This document shows, piece after piece, positions 23,139 to 38,052 of a stretch of DNA of 64,000 nucleotides. How positions within the stretch are numbered: position 1 is the first letter of the stretch; the number at the start of each line of letters is the position of its first letter. The position numbers and the translations under genes are program-made. The notes below the pieces were generated by a model. That model did not search any database and was not told where the DNA came from. It worked only from the letters and a program-made list of their open reading frames with translations. The stretch comes from Caecitellus pseudoparvulus (Eukaryota > Protista > Bigyra: Bicosoecida), in NCBI GenBank assembly GCA_965644315.1, contig CBFFRQ010000069.1, forward strand, positions 1,364,001 to 1,428,000, given 5' to 3'.

Positions 23139-25210
23139 ATGTCAGGCTTCAACCCCAATGCCCCTTCATTCAACCCGAATGCTCCTGCCTTTGACCCCAG
23201 CGCGGCTGCCTTCGGGCTCCCAGCCGGCCAAGGCGGGCAGGGTTTCCCTGCTTTCGGCCAAACACCGCAGTTTGGCGGGCAAGGCATGCCTTTTCCCATG
23301 CCTGGCATGCAAGGGCAACCTGGTATGATGTTCCCAGGTGGTGAGTGCATACGTTTTGCGTGGCTTCGGACCTCAGGCTCCGTGCAGTACCTTGCCGTCG
23401 CGACGTGTGCGCAGGTTCCGCGCCTGGTCAGGTTCCTGCCTATGTTCCGCCCCCCGGTGCAGGCATGCCAGCCCCCGTGCAGGGTGCACCAGTGCCTCCA
23501 CAAGCACAGGGTACCCCTGCAGAGGCTACCCCAGCGCCGGCAGTGCCAGCACCCGCCCCAGCGCCGAAGCCAGCGCCCCAAGCTGCTCCAGCTCCAGCCC
23601 CAGCCCCTGCGCCTGCCCCAGCACCTGAGCCAACCCCTGCCCCAGCACCGGCTCCAGCACCGGCTCCAGCACCCGCACCTGCACCTGCACCTGCACCTGC
23701 ACCTGCACCTGCACAAGCCCCTGCTCCTATCCCTGCCCCGGCCCCAGCCCCCTCCGCTGCGGCAGGCGCTGGCGGAGGCGGCGCCGCCACTCCTGCGACG
23801 CCCGGCACACCCTTCCCCGAGGGCGTTGGGACGAGGGAGGAAGTGGATGAACTGCTGGCCAAGGCTGACTCCCGGGACCACCTGAACGTCGTCTTCATTG
23901 GGCACGTCGACGCCGGCAAGAGCACGCTGTCAGGGCAGATGCTGTTCCTCACCGGCAGCGTGGACGAGCGCACCATCGAGAAGTTCTCCCGCGAGGCCAA
24001 GCAGCGCAACCGCGAGTCATGGTTCCTGGCCTTCATCATGGACACGTCAGAGGAGGAGCGCGCCAAGGGCAAGACGGTGGAGGTTGGCCGGGCTGAGTTC
24101 AGCACGGAGACACGCCGCTTCACCATCCTGGACGCGCCGGGGCACAAGAACTACGTGCCCAACATGATCCAGGGCGCGGCCCAGGCAGATGTGGGCGTGC
24201 TGGTCATCTCTGCCCGCAAGGGTGAGTTCGAGGCTGGCTTCGACCGCTCCGGGCAGACTCGGGAGCACGCGCTGCTGGCCAAGACCCTGGGCGTGCGCCT
24301 GCTCATCGTGGTGGTGAACAAGATGGACGAGGAGACGGTGCAGTGGAAGGAGGAGCGCTTCGATGAGATCAAGGGCAAGCTGGAGCCCTTCCTGAAGCGC
24401 AGCGGGTACAACACCAAGAAGAACGTGCACTGGGTGCCCATCTCGGCCATCTCGGGTGCCAACGTGAAGGAGGCCGTGTCCCCTGAGGAGTGCTCCTGGT
24501 ACAAGGGCCCCACCCTGTTCGAGGTGATGAACACCCTCAAGGTGGGCGGGCGCAACCCGTACGGGCCGCTGCGTGTGCCTGTGCTGGACCGCTACAACGA
24601 GCGCGGCGTCATCGCCATGGGCAAGGTGGAGTCAGGCATGCTGGTGCAGGGCTCCAAGGTCATGCTGCTGCCGGTGCTGAACATCGCCACCGTGGAGGAG
24701 GTGCGCATCGGGGAGTCTGAGGCAGATGTCGTGGAGGTCGCTCGCCCCGGCGACAACGTCTTCATCAAGCTGAAGGGGGTGGGGGACGAGGACATCATGA
24801 AGGGGTTCATGATTGTGGACCCAGCACACCCGGCCCCCGTCGCGACGCGATTCCAGGCCCAGCTCCAGCTGCTGGACCTGGACCACCGTGCAGTGTTCAC
24901 AGCGGGGTACAGTGCCGTGCTGCACCTGCACACTGCTGCCGAGGAGTGCACCGTGGACAAGCTCGTCGCCCTCATCGGGAAGGACGGCAAGCAGGTGAAG
25001 AACCCACGCTTCCTGAAGTCCAACCAGGCGTGCATTTGCAACATCAGCCTGACGCAGAACACTCCCATGGAGAAGTTCTCTGCCTTCCAGCAGCTGGGCC
25101 GCTTCACCCTGCGTGACGAAGGCCGCACCATTGCCATTGGGAAGATCACTGGCATCCCCGCTGCATCGTACACTGCCGTCGAGGAGGCCGCACGGAAGTA
25201 CGGCAAGTAA
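23139..25210 (+). CDS. GSPT1: Eukaryotic peptide chain release factor eRF3 (Sup35/GSPT)
   Basis: HLNVVFIGHVDAGKST, RESWFLAFIMDT..EERAKGKTVEVGRA, DAPGHKNYVPNMIQGAAQAD, GQTREH, NKMD, QLGRFTLRDEGRTIAIGK; N-terminal PAM2-like motifs; intron 23341-23414. Confidence 0.95.
23580..23752 (+). repeat. (Ala-Pro)n coding low-complexity repeat, partly perfect GCACCT hexamer
   Basis: APAPAPAP... in the eRF3 N-terminal region; gcacct repeated about 23675-23712. Confidence 0.85.
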
Positions 25211-25257
25211 GCGCGGGCCACCCCTTGCGGCTCGTGCGTCTGAATGCACTGTGCAAG

Positions 25258-26166
25258 CTACGGGAGAGCAGCATGGTGCCGAACTCGCTGCTCCACCAGG
25301 GCTGTGAGGTCGCTCGTGCCAAACTCAGCCTCCAACTGCCCCAACAGGCCAGGCATCGTGACCCTGTGGGGGTCTGCTGCTGCGAGCAAGGAGTCGATGC
25401 GCGTGGCGATGCTCTCCTGCCCTGCACCGCTGGCCGTCTGCAATTGCGCACAGTTGAAGTGCCGCCGCCGGCTCTTGCGCTGAGCCTTGGGCAGGGAGTC
25501 CAGGCCCAGCCACTCCCCACTCCACCTGGGTCGCTTGGAGCGAAGGCCTTTCGTGGAGCCAGTAGAAGTTGAAGCCTTCCCCTCGCTTTGTGTGCCGCTC
25601 GCGGCAGTGGCAAACTCTTTTGGGCTCTCCAGCCAGTCCGTGATGCGCTGCGTCAGGTTCACCTTGTCGGCGACGTTGTCAGCGAACGACTTGGGGGAGC
25701 GGTCGATGGCGAGCACATCGCACATTTGCTTGAGCAGAGGCAGCTTGCAGTCTGCAACCTTGAACAGCACCTTGTCGTAGGCCTCCGCGTAGCCGGCCGG
25801 AAAGGCCGAGCTGTCGTGCAGCGGCAGCCCCCTGAACTTGAGAATGCCGGCCTTCACCTGGGATGCCTTGGCTGTTTTGCCAAACATGAGGCGGTGGATG
25901 ACCTTCAGGGCAGGGTCGTCATCGCTGGCACCCTCCACTGCCGCCCTGACGGAAGGCAGTCGTTTCAAGGCGGTGCCGGATCCCAGGGGCCAGCCAGATG
26001 AGGCTGTGCTGCTGGCTGCTGCCTTGCCAAGCTTGCTGGCCGGCTTCAAGCGCTGCACAGACTTGCTCGTGCGGCCTGACGATGTCATGGATGAAACATC
26101 GATGCGGCCGCTGTCTCCGGTCTCGCTCAAAGTCGACGCCTGTAGCGACGCTGCGTCGGATGCCAT
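25258..26166 (-). CDS. DEK: DEK-like chromatin protein with DEK_C domain
   Basis: GSGTALKRLP..LKVIHRLMFG..VKAGILKFRG..LKQMCDVLAIDRS..KVNLTQRITDWLESP; C-terminal IDSLLAAADPHRVTMPGLLGQLEAEFG. Start at aacATGG 26166. Confidence 0.8.
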   Translation of the reverse strand: MASDAASLQASTLSETGDSGRIDVSSMTSSGRTSKSVQRLKPASKLGKAAASSTASSGWPLGSGTALKRLPSVRAAVEGASDDDPALKVIHRLMFGKTAKASQVKAGILKFRGLPLHDSSAFPAGYAEAYDKVLFKVADCKLPLLKQMCDVLAIDRSPKSFADNVADKVNLTQRITDWLESPKEFATAASGTQSEGKASTSTGSTKGLRSKRPRWSGEWLGLDSLPKAQRKSRRRHFNCAQLQTASGAGQESIATRIDSLLAAADPHRVTMPGLLGQLEAEFGTSDLTALVEQRVRHHAALP

Positions 26167-26496
26167 GTTTTGCGGCTTTTGAAGCGCAGCTTGCCACGGT
26201 GGGCCAGGAGCGCCACTCAGCACCGCCAGAGGGCAGGCCACAACCAGGAAGGTAAGGAGGGTGCTGCTTAGTGTGAGGCTTGTGACCTGGCGCTCAGCAA
26301 ACCGGGGAGTGACCTTGGCACGAAGATAGGGATGACGATTGTGCGCGTAACCTTGCTCTTCCACACCACGCCTTCTACATCTTGCCCCCCACCGCACTTT
26401 CGCGCTCCAGTCCCAACACCTCGCCCTACATGCCCTTGTCTTGCACGTTGCTTCGTGAGTGGCCCCCTTCCACTCTCAGCCTCGCCAACCGCAAGC

Positions 26497-28307
<1,811 letters not shown>

Positions 28308-28444
28308 GTGGTGTAAAAATGCACAGTCTGCATGACATGCAGCCTCTGTTTGCGACTGCCCACTCTACCCAGCACAAGTCAAAGTAGGGGCAAGTGGAGC
28401 CTTGGCGTGGTGCAGCCGGTCCCAGCAGCAGCACGTGCCAGGTC

Positions 28445-31400
28445 ATGGCAGCTTCCCCTGGTGCCGCTCCTGAGGCAACTGCGCTGCCCCTGATATACTG
28501 TGATGAAGATGGCGTCTTTCAAGTCGGCAAGGAAGCCCTGGGGGTGCTGAACAGCATTGCTGATCGCCTTGGTGAGCTGCAACGACAAGCTCCACTGCTG
28601 GTGTGAAGGGGACTGGCCCTCGGCACTTGCACCTGGCACCCCGTGCACAGCCGTCGTCATCGTCGCGGGGCAATACCGTTCCGGGAAGTCCTTCCTCATG
28701 AATCAACTCGTGCAGCAGCGGCAAGGTTTCAGCGTGTACGTGCGATGCACAGTGTGAGCCGGCACGAAGCCTTGCCCGACTCTCTGCCTTCACCTGTGCA
28801 CGCAGGGGACACACGTACCAGAGCCACACACGCGGGCTTTGGATGTACAAGGAGCCGATTGATGGAATGAGCAGTGACGGAAAGCCAATCAAGGTGCTGC
28901 TCATCGACTCGGAAGGCCTGGGGAGCTTCGAGAAGGATGTAAGCGCGACGCATGACACGACCATCTTCAGCTTGTGTGTCCTGCTCTGCTCCACCCTGCT
29001 GTTCAACGGTGGTGAGACTATCACGGAGGACTCCATCCAGAGCTTGAGCTTCATTGCCAACCTCACGCAGCATATCAGGGTTGGTGAGGACAGCGGGGAC
29101 AGCAGTTCATCTGCAGACTTGCAGCCCTTCTTCCCGTCCTTCATCTGGCTGCTTCGAGACTTTGCACTCAAGCTCGTTGACAAAGAGGGCATGGACATCA
29201 CTCTGGATGAGTACTTGGAGAATGCGCTGCAGCGGATCCCTGGCTTCTCTGCCGAGGTGGATGCGAGGAATCGCCCCCGGGACTACCTGCGAGCTTTTTT
29301 CAAGCAGCGGACGTGCAAGAGCCTCGTGATGCCGGCACCCCACGAGCAGCTGCAGAACCTAGACACTTTGTCAGACGAGGATTTGAACCCTGCCTTCGTG
29401 CAGGGCATGCAAGAACTGCGCGATCTGGTTTTTGGGCAAGCCAAGCCAAAGACTGTCGGTGGGGACGGCAGGCCTGTTACTGGCCCCATCCTTGCTCAGC
29501 TCGTGGGGCACTACGTGGCGGCAATCAACGCGGACGCCGTGCCCGCTATAAGCGATGCATGGACTGCTGCGACTGAGTCTGAAACGCGGCGAGCTCTGGA
29601 GAATGCCGAAGCTGACTTCGCTCGCGCGGTGAAGGCAGCCGCGCCCATCCCGTTGTCAGAGGAGCAGCCAACCCAAGAAGAGGCAGGGCCTTTGATCCTT
29701 CCAAAGGACACCCCCGACCTGGAGGCATACCTTCTCGCTGCTGAGCAGCGAGCCATGGGATTGCTGAAGGACCAAGTGCCGATGGGCACCGCTCCTCAGA
29801 TTGCTGAAGCAGCGCAGGAGAAGCTGACTGCAGCCTGCAAGACCCTGGCACAGAGGGCCAGGGAGGCAAATGTCTCGGCGGCACAGCGTGCATGTGAAGA
29901 TCACGTCGCCTCTGCCCGTGAATCGGCTGCAGCATCGGCGCTGCACCCGCACCGTGCAGCCGTTGACGCGTTCAAGAGCGACGCTGGCAACCTGGAGCCC
30001 CAGCAGGGGAAGCACCCTGAAGTGTTCAAAGCACAGGGCGTGTTCAGGAGCATGGTGGTAGCGTGGGGTGGGCTGAGAGAAGCCTATGGCGCTGGAGCTC
30101 GGGGCCCTGATGCAGTCAAACACACGGCACTGCTCGGCCACGGTTTGGACCCATTGCACCGAAGTGCTGCGACGATACTGCAGGACGTCGACTCTGCCAA
30201 CTCCACACAGCTCAGGTCTTTCCAGGATGCCTGGGCACTTTCCCAATCTGAAGTTGCTAGCCTCAAGCAAGACTTGGAGCAGGTTCGAGCAGAGCTTGAT
30301 GCGAGCAACAGTGAACGTGCTGCAGCAGAAGCTAGAGCTGCCAAGGCAAGTGAGGAGCTGGCCGCGACCTCAACACAGCTTGCAGACAGTCGGAAGACGG
30401 TTTCCGAGCTCCGAAAAGTCTGCGCAGAACTGCAAGCAGACGTTGAGTCTGGCCAGGCAGCGCTCGCAGCTGAGCAGCGCACGCACGGCGAAACCAAGGC
30501 CGCGCTGGAATCCGAGGAGCAACGTGCGAGGGACCTGACTGCCAAGTTGAAGGAAACATCAGCAGCAGCAGGGGCGGCGGCTGCGGAGGCTTCTGCTTCG
30601 CAGCAACAAGTGGCTTCATTGAGGGACAAGCTCACACACGCAAGGGCTTCAGCGGATGCCAAGGCAGAGTCTCTGGGCTCCTCCGAGAAGCGTCTGGAGG
30701 AAGCGCGTGCGAAGTACTCCCAAGAAGCAGATGCGCGCCGGGAAGCTGAATTGCAGTTGATCAAAACACGGCGGGACTTAGCAGAGGCAGAGGCTCAGCT
30801 GGCTAGCCTGCAGACGGAGTCTGCAGAGCTTAAGGGGTCGGCTGGGTCGAAGGAGACGGAGCTGGCATCCCTTCGGGCAGCCGAGGCTGCCAGCCAGAAA
30901 CGTATTCGCGATTTGATGGCTGCCAAGAACCTTGCCGATATGGAGCTAGCGGCTGCTCAGCAAGAGCTGCAGCGGTGCAAGGGCGAGCTGGAGAGTTTGG
31001 AGCAGGAGCAACGCACAACGAAGGCTCGCGCACAATCACTTGAAACTGACCTGGCCGCCTCCCAGCAAGAGGCTAAGGCATCAACAGAAAAGGCGGAGTC
31101 CCTCAAAGCTGCGCTTGAGCAAGCGCAGACGGACACACATAGGCGGCTAGCTGAAGTGCGGGAAGAACTGGTGTCTGTACAGGCTGCCCACAACTCCAGC
31201 GCCAAGCAAACAGCAGGTCTTGAAGAGCAGCTCCAGCAAGCACAGGCAGAGTGCTCGCAGCTAGAAGGTCAGCTACAAGCTGCGAAAGCCCGGTGTGATA
31301 GCCTCTCGTCTGAGGTGGAGGACTTGACGAGGCAGCACTCAGGGGCAGCTGCCTCCAAAGCCACGGCCGAGAAGGACGCCGAGGAAGCGCGGGCAGAGCT

Positions 31401-32937
31401 GCAAAAGGCCACAGCCGAAGCAGCGCGGCTTGTAGCTGACCTAGAAACCACGCAAGAAGAGCTAGCAGCAGCTCAAGCGCAGAACGCAGCCCTCCAGCAC
31501 GACTGCACATCTGCTCAGGGAGGTGAAGCTGCGGCATCTGCTCGGGTACAGCACCTCGAGCAAGAAGTCTTAGAACTGAAGCAGTCAGTGCAGTCAGCAG
31601 AACAAGCGACGCGTGAGGCACAGTTGAAGCTGAGCGAGGTGCAAGAGCGAGAGAAGCAGGCCACGGAAGTCGCAGCCGCTAACGCAAAGGCGCACAGCGA
31701 GCACTTGGAGCAACTGCAGCAGCAGCTGGGCGCTGCTGTCGCTGCGCATGCACACTGCTCCGATGCACAGCAAGCCCTGCGCGCGCAATTGGAGCAGTCA
31801 CAGGCGCGCCATGCAGCGCTGCGCGAAGAAATGGCGAAGACCATTGCCGTGGCCAGGGACACAGCCCAAGCTGCAGACGATGAAGTTGCGCGCCTCAGAG
31901 CCACCTCCAAGAAAGCGCGCGAGGCCCTGGGGCAGGAACGAGCTCGTCACTCAGCGACAAAGGCAGCGTTGGCTGAGGCCCAGCAGGAAAGTGACGCCAC
32001 AGCGCGTCAAGTGGCGGCGCTGAAGAAGCAGCTCAATGCCGCAATGGCGCGAGCAGCTCAGGCGGTTGAAAGCATGTCCACTGCAGTGAAGGGTGCTGCA
32101 GAGCAGCTCGAGCAGCAAGACGCCATCATCCTGCAGCTCAAGCAGGCAAAGCGAGACCTGCGTGTGATGGCCTACCGCCGGTCAGACATCAACCAAGCCC
32201 TCGCTGTTCTGCAGCAGGGCCTGCAGGTGTTCCTGGTGAAGGCGGGGGGCAAGCTAGCACGGCGCACTCTGAAGCTCAGTGCTGATAGGACTTGCCTGCT
32301 GCTTGCGTCGGTCCCTGCTGGCTCCACATCGTCGCCGGTGTCTTTGCCGATTGCCCAGGTCAGGTCAGTTGAGCTCGGCCCCGGATCCCCTGGATTTCGC
32401 GTGGCGCTGGGCTCAGCGTCTGCAGCGGATGTGGAACCTTCCATGTGCTTTACCGTATACGCAGCGCGAAGGGGGTATGACATGCTCATTGCCAGAGACG
32501 CTGAACTGCCGACTATTGCCCCTGACATGCCAGCCGGTGACGGCGTGTGGAGAGGCTCTGCAACTTCCAGCCTGGCGTGGAACCACAAGGAACTGCTGAT
32601 TTCAGTGGTGCATGGGATCAAGTGTCTCGTGTTGCAACGGTCCGGGCACGGCTTGTACTCTGTGGCGCGCATTGCCACTCGTCTGTCCCTGCTGAGCTTG
32701 ACCTTGTCTGCACGAGCCCAGGCGTTGGGCATTCCCATTCCACCGGATGCAGGTCACGAAGCTGTTGTCAAAGCGGTACTGGACCACCTAGCCCATGAGA
32801 CACTTCGACTGCGGCGGAGTGCTTCCAAGGGGGCAGAAAAGCGTGGGGGGGGGGCGGGAGGACAGGCAGCCAGCGGGCATGCGGCGAGTCCGGAAGGAGT
32901 GGAGGATGGCGGAGGAGCGCGAGCCACTCCGGCGTGA
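28445..32937 (+). CDS. Guanylate-binding protein (GBP/atlastin-class) GTPase with very long coiled coil and C-terminal PH-like domain
   Basis: G1 AGQYRSGKSFLMN, G2 SHTRGLW, G3 DSEG, G4 WLLRDF, LDEYLENAL. Introns 28572-28650 and 28736-28805. Ala/Glu/Gln heptads over about 30230-32170. Confidence 0.9.
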
Positions 32938-33082
32938 GCGCTAACTTTTCACAATACAAATGTATCCGCAATTTCACGGGCTGCGACTCGCTCACGAGGT
33001 GCAGCCCAGTTTGTGGCCAGGCCCAGTCCACGCCCACTTCTTGTGCTTCACCTTGAGCGGGAAGCTGCCAGCAGAGCCAGGC

Positions 33083-34756
33083 ATGGCGTCTGCTGGCGGA
33101 ATCTTCGAGGAGGCTGTCAGAATGAAGAGCGCCATGGTAGACCACAAGTGCAGGGCGTACAAAGCGAGGGCCCCCTCGCTGCAGCACTCCATTTTCCACC
33201 TTGACCAGTACAAAGACGGGCCGCACCGAAACGCCAACGAAACGGAGTGCCTGGAATGGGCCGAGGGTCTCAAGGCAGAGGGGAACAGTGCAGTAGGGGA
33301 GAAGGACTGGAACGCAGCTACATTAAAGTATGAGCGAGCCCTTGGCCTGCTGCGCTTTATCGTCTCTTCCAGGGAAGACTGGCGCAGCAACTTGGCAGAC
33401 GTTGACTTGGCGGTGGTGGACAGCGCAGCTGGCTCCTGCTGCTCGCTGGATGGCTCACGCAGGCCCAGCAGCGACTTCGGGTTGGGATCTTTGCCAGGCT
33501 TCTCAGAGGCTGGCAAAAGACAGGCGGCTCGGCTGTGTGCAGCGCTGTATGGAAATCTGTGCACTGTTGCCTTGGCACAGGGGCAGGCCTCGGTTGCGGC
33601 AGCGGAGGCTGCTGAGGGTCTCCGCGTCACGCCGGGCCACCCCAAGCTGCTCATGAAGCGCGCCAAGAGCTGGATGCAGCGCAAGGGGGCTGGCACCACA
33701 GAGCTGCGCGCAGCGTTGCTGGACCTGAAGACTGCCGTTGACATGTTCAAGCAGGCTGGGGACCTGTACGACGTGGGCAGCCGGGTGCTCTCGCAACTCG
33801 CTGCAGCGTACAAGGAGCATGCTTCCATGGCTGCTGCACAGCATGCAAAGGACAAGGCAGCTTTTGCAGGCCTCTTTGAGCGGGGGTCAATTGTGCAAGC
33901 CGCAGAGGAGAGCGAAGCGGCACCCACGTTGCCCGCCCCTCACAGCCGTCTCCCAGACACAACCCGCGCACAGCTGGCCGCGATGCGCCGCGCAAGAGCG
34001 GAAGCAGAGGCTGAAGGGCGCGTTCAAGATGCGAAAGAGCTCTCGGTGCACTTGAGCCGTGCAGAGGCCAGGCTGGCCGCCGGCGCAGGGCTGGAGCCGT
34101 CCCTCGACTTCTCAAAGCCAACCCCAGAGATGCGATCGCTGGCGGAGGAGATGGGCCTCGATCTGGATGACCCTGCTGTGCAGCGGGAGCTTGAGGTCGT
34201 GGATGCTCAGGCAGCTGCGAAGAGAGGCTTTGCTAGTGCCGCCGGCGCCGCCGCTGCGGCATCTACGGGCAAGCTGCCGAAGTCCAATGCGCCCGAAGTG
34301 ACTCTGGACGAACTGGAAGAGCACATTCGCAAAATGCCGCTGCCAGCCCTTGTGGAGTTCATGGTGCAGCAGGACATAGCCTCGGAACCCACCGTGCGAG
34401 GGTGGAGTGAGCAGCAGGTGCGCGAGAAAGCAGTTGCAATGCTGCGCTCCAGCGAAGACCCCATGGCTGGTGAACGCAAGGCCAGGTACGCCATGGTGAG
34501 GTACATTGCATTTACTGCCATTTGCCTGTTCATGCTGTGGCGGCTGTACAACATGGGCCTGCTGACGTGGCTCTTCACAGGCCAAACGCCGGCCGGGTGG
34601 GGTTCCCAGGCGGCCATAGCCGCCGCCTCAGCAACAGGGGCGACGAGCGCAGCACAAGATGCAGTCCCTGCCTACCCCACCACAAGTGACAGCGACGGCG
34701 ACGCGGCGTTCGGAGAACTGGAGGTCGATCCCCACGGCAGACTGCACCGCGTGTAG
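33083..34756 (+). CDS. TPR-repeat protein (FKBP/cyclophilin-type TPR clamp) with C-terminal transmembrane helix
   Basis: AEGLKAEGNSAV..ATLKYERAL, ALYGNLCTVAL..GLRVTPGHPKLLMKRAK..AALLDLKTA; TM YIAFTAICLFMLWRLYNMGLLTWLF. Start chosen at ggcATGG 33083. Confidence 0.7.
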   Translation: MASAGGIFEEAVRMKSAMVDHKCRAYKARAPSLQHSIFHLDQYKDGPHRNANETECLEWAEGLKAEGNSAVGEKDWNAATLKYERALGLLRFIVSSREDWRSNLADVDLAVVDSAAGSCCSLDGSRRPSSDFGLGSLPGFSEAGKRQAARLCAALYGNLCTVALAQGQASVAAAEAAEGLRVTPGHPKLLMKRAKSWMQRKGAGTTELRAALLDLKTAVDMFKQAGDLYDVGSRVLSQLAAAYKEHASMAAAQHAKDKAAFAGLFERGSIVQAAEESEAAPTLPAPHSRLPDTTRAQLAAMRRARAEAEAEGRVQDAKELSVHLSRAEARLAAGAGLEPSLDFSKPTPEMRSLAEEMGLDLDDPAVQRELEVVDAQAAAKRGFASAAGAAAAASTGKLPKSNAPEVTLDELEEHIRKMPLPALVEFMVQQDIASEPTVRGWSEQQVREKAVAMLRSSEDPMAGERKARYAMVRYIAFTAICLFMLWRLYNMGLLTWLFTGQTPAGWGSQAAIAAASATGATSAAQDAVPAYPTTSDSDGDAAFGELEVDPHGRLHRV

Positions 34757-34784
34757 AAGCAGGGCTCCAGGTGCAGGCCCAGGC

Positions 34785-37003
<2,219 letters not shown>

Positions 37004-37305
37004 GTCAATCTGTGGTGTTGGTGAACTCGGTGACTCAACCCGCCAACCCTGCGCACAGTGGCCGTGGCTGGGACTGGCAAGCAACACAGCTGCGTCGTGG
37101 TTCCGGGCTGGCGCCGCGCAGAAGCACAAAAACAGTGCCCCCCAAATTGGTGAACGAAGTGCAACACATGAAAAGTGGCCGGGCGGGTTCTAAACTCCCC
37201 TTGTCAGCGCCTGCCTGCCCCCACCCCCCCTGGACCTCACACTCTCGACGAGCGGAAATCGCTGCCAGGTGGCGGCACACCACTGGCACTGACGACGCGG
37301 CCACC

Positions 37306-38043
37306 ATGCACACTGTGCTGAACAGGGCCAACGCCCTGGTGTTCACTGGGCTGGCTGCCCTGGCCATGATGGCTGCTGCCACGATCATCACGACGTTGGG
37401 ACATGTGCCGCAGCCCAAGTTGACGCGCCTGCACGTCTCGGCTTTGAATGCGCTGGAGCACGCCACGGGAAGGGACCCCTACACCCGCAAATCCCTACAT
37501 GTAGATCGTGCTCGCGTCACGCTAGACCTTGATGCTGGTGAGTGCCGGCGTGGGGCATGCTGGCATGCGGCACCGGCCAACATTGCGCTGCTTCCTGCCA
37601 TTTCAGACCTCACCTCCGCCTTCAACTGGAACGTCAGACAGCTGTTTGCTTTTGTTGTGGCAGAGGTGCGCACTGAAGCTGGCTCTGTGCACCAGGTTAC
37701 GTTGTGGGACACTATCATCCGGGACAAGAGCGAAGCGCACCTTGTCCTGAACGAGGCCCAGACGGAGTACGAGTGGATGGACGATGCCCGTGATTTGAGG
37801 GGTGCCCAGGTCACTCTGGCGCTATTTTATGATGCCATGCCGTGGGTGGGGCCCTTGCACCTCTCCAGCTCGCACTCTGGCTCCCTGCGCCTGCCTGAGA
37901 AGTACTGCAACAGGGGCAAGTGCACCCTGCAGCAGAGCGCCGAGTTAGCAGACGGCACGGTGGCGGTGGAAGACATGCTGCCGGTGCGAAGAGTCGAAGG
38001 TGCAGCGGGTGCATTGCCAACTGTGCAGCGGTCGTGGTTCTAA
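37306..38043 (+). CDS. SPCS3: Signal peptidase complex subunit 3 (SPC22/23)
   Basis: MHTVLNRANALVF + TM, LDA|DLTSAFNWNVRQLFAFV (intron 37538-37606), QVTLWDTII, EYEWMD..MPWVG. Confidence 0.92.
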   Translation: MHTVLNRANALVFTGLAALAMMAAATIITTLGHVPQPKLTRLHVSALNALEHATGRDPYTRKSLHVDRARVTLDLDAGECRRGACWHAAPANIALLPAISDLTSAFNWNVRQLFAFVVAEVRTEAGSVHQVTLWDTIIRDKSEAHLVLNEAQTEYEWMDDARDLRGAQVTLALFYDAMPWVGPLHLSSSHSGSLRLPEKYCNRGKCTLQQSAELADGTVAVEDMLPVRRVEGAAGALPTVQRSWF

Positions 38044-38052
38044 TGCATGCAA

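Noticed and set aside
23139-25210. EF-1alpha or HBS1 identity, or a hint of genetic-code change
   Set aside because: GKTVEVGRA, RESW and PAM2 motifs indicate eRF3. All three stop codons end conserved genes, and I saw no in-frame stop in conserved exons.
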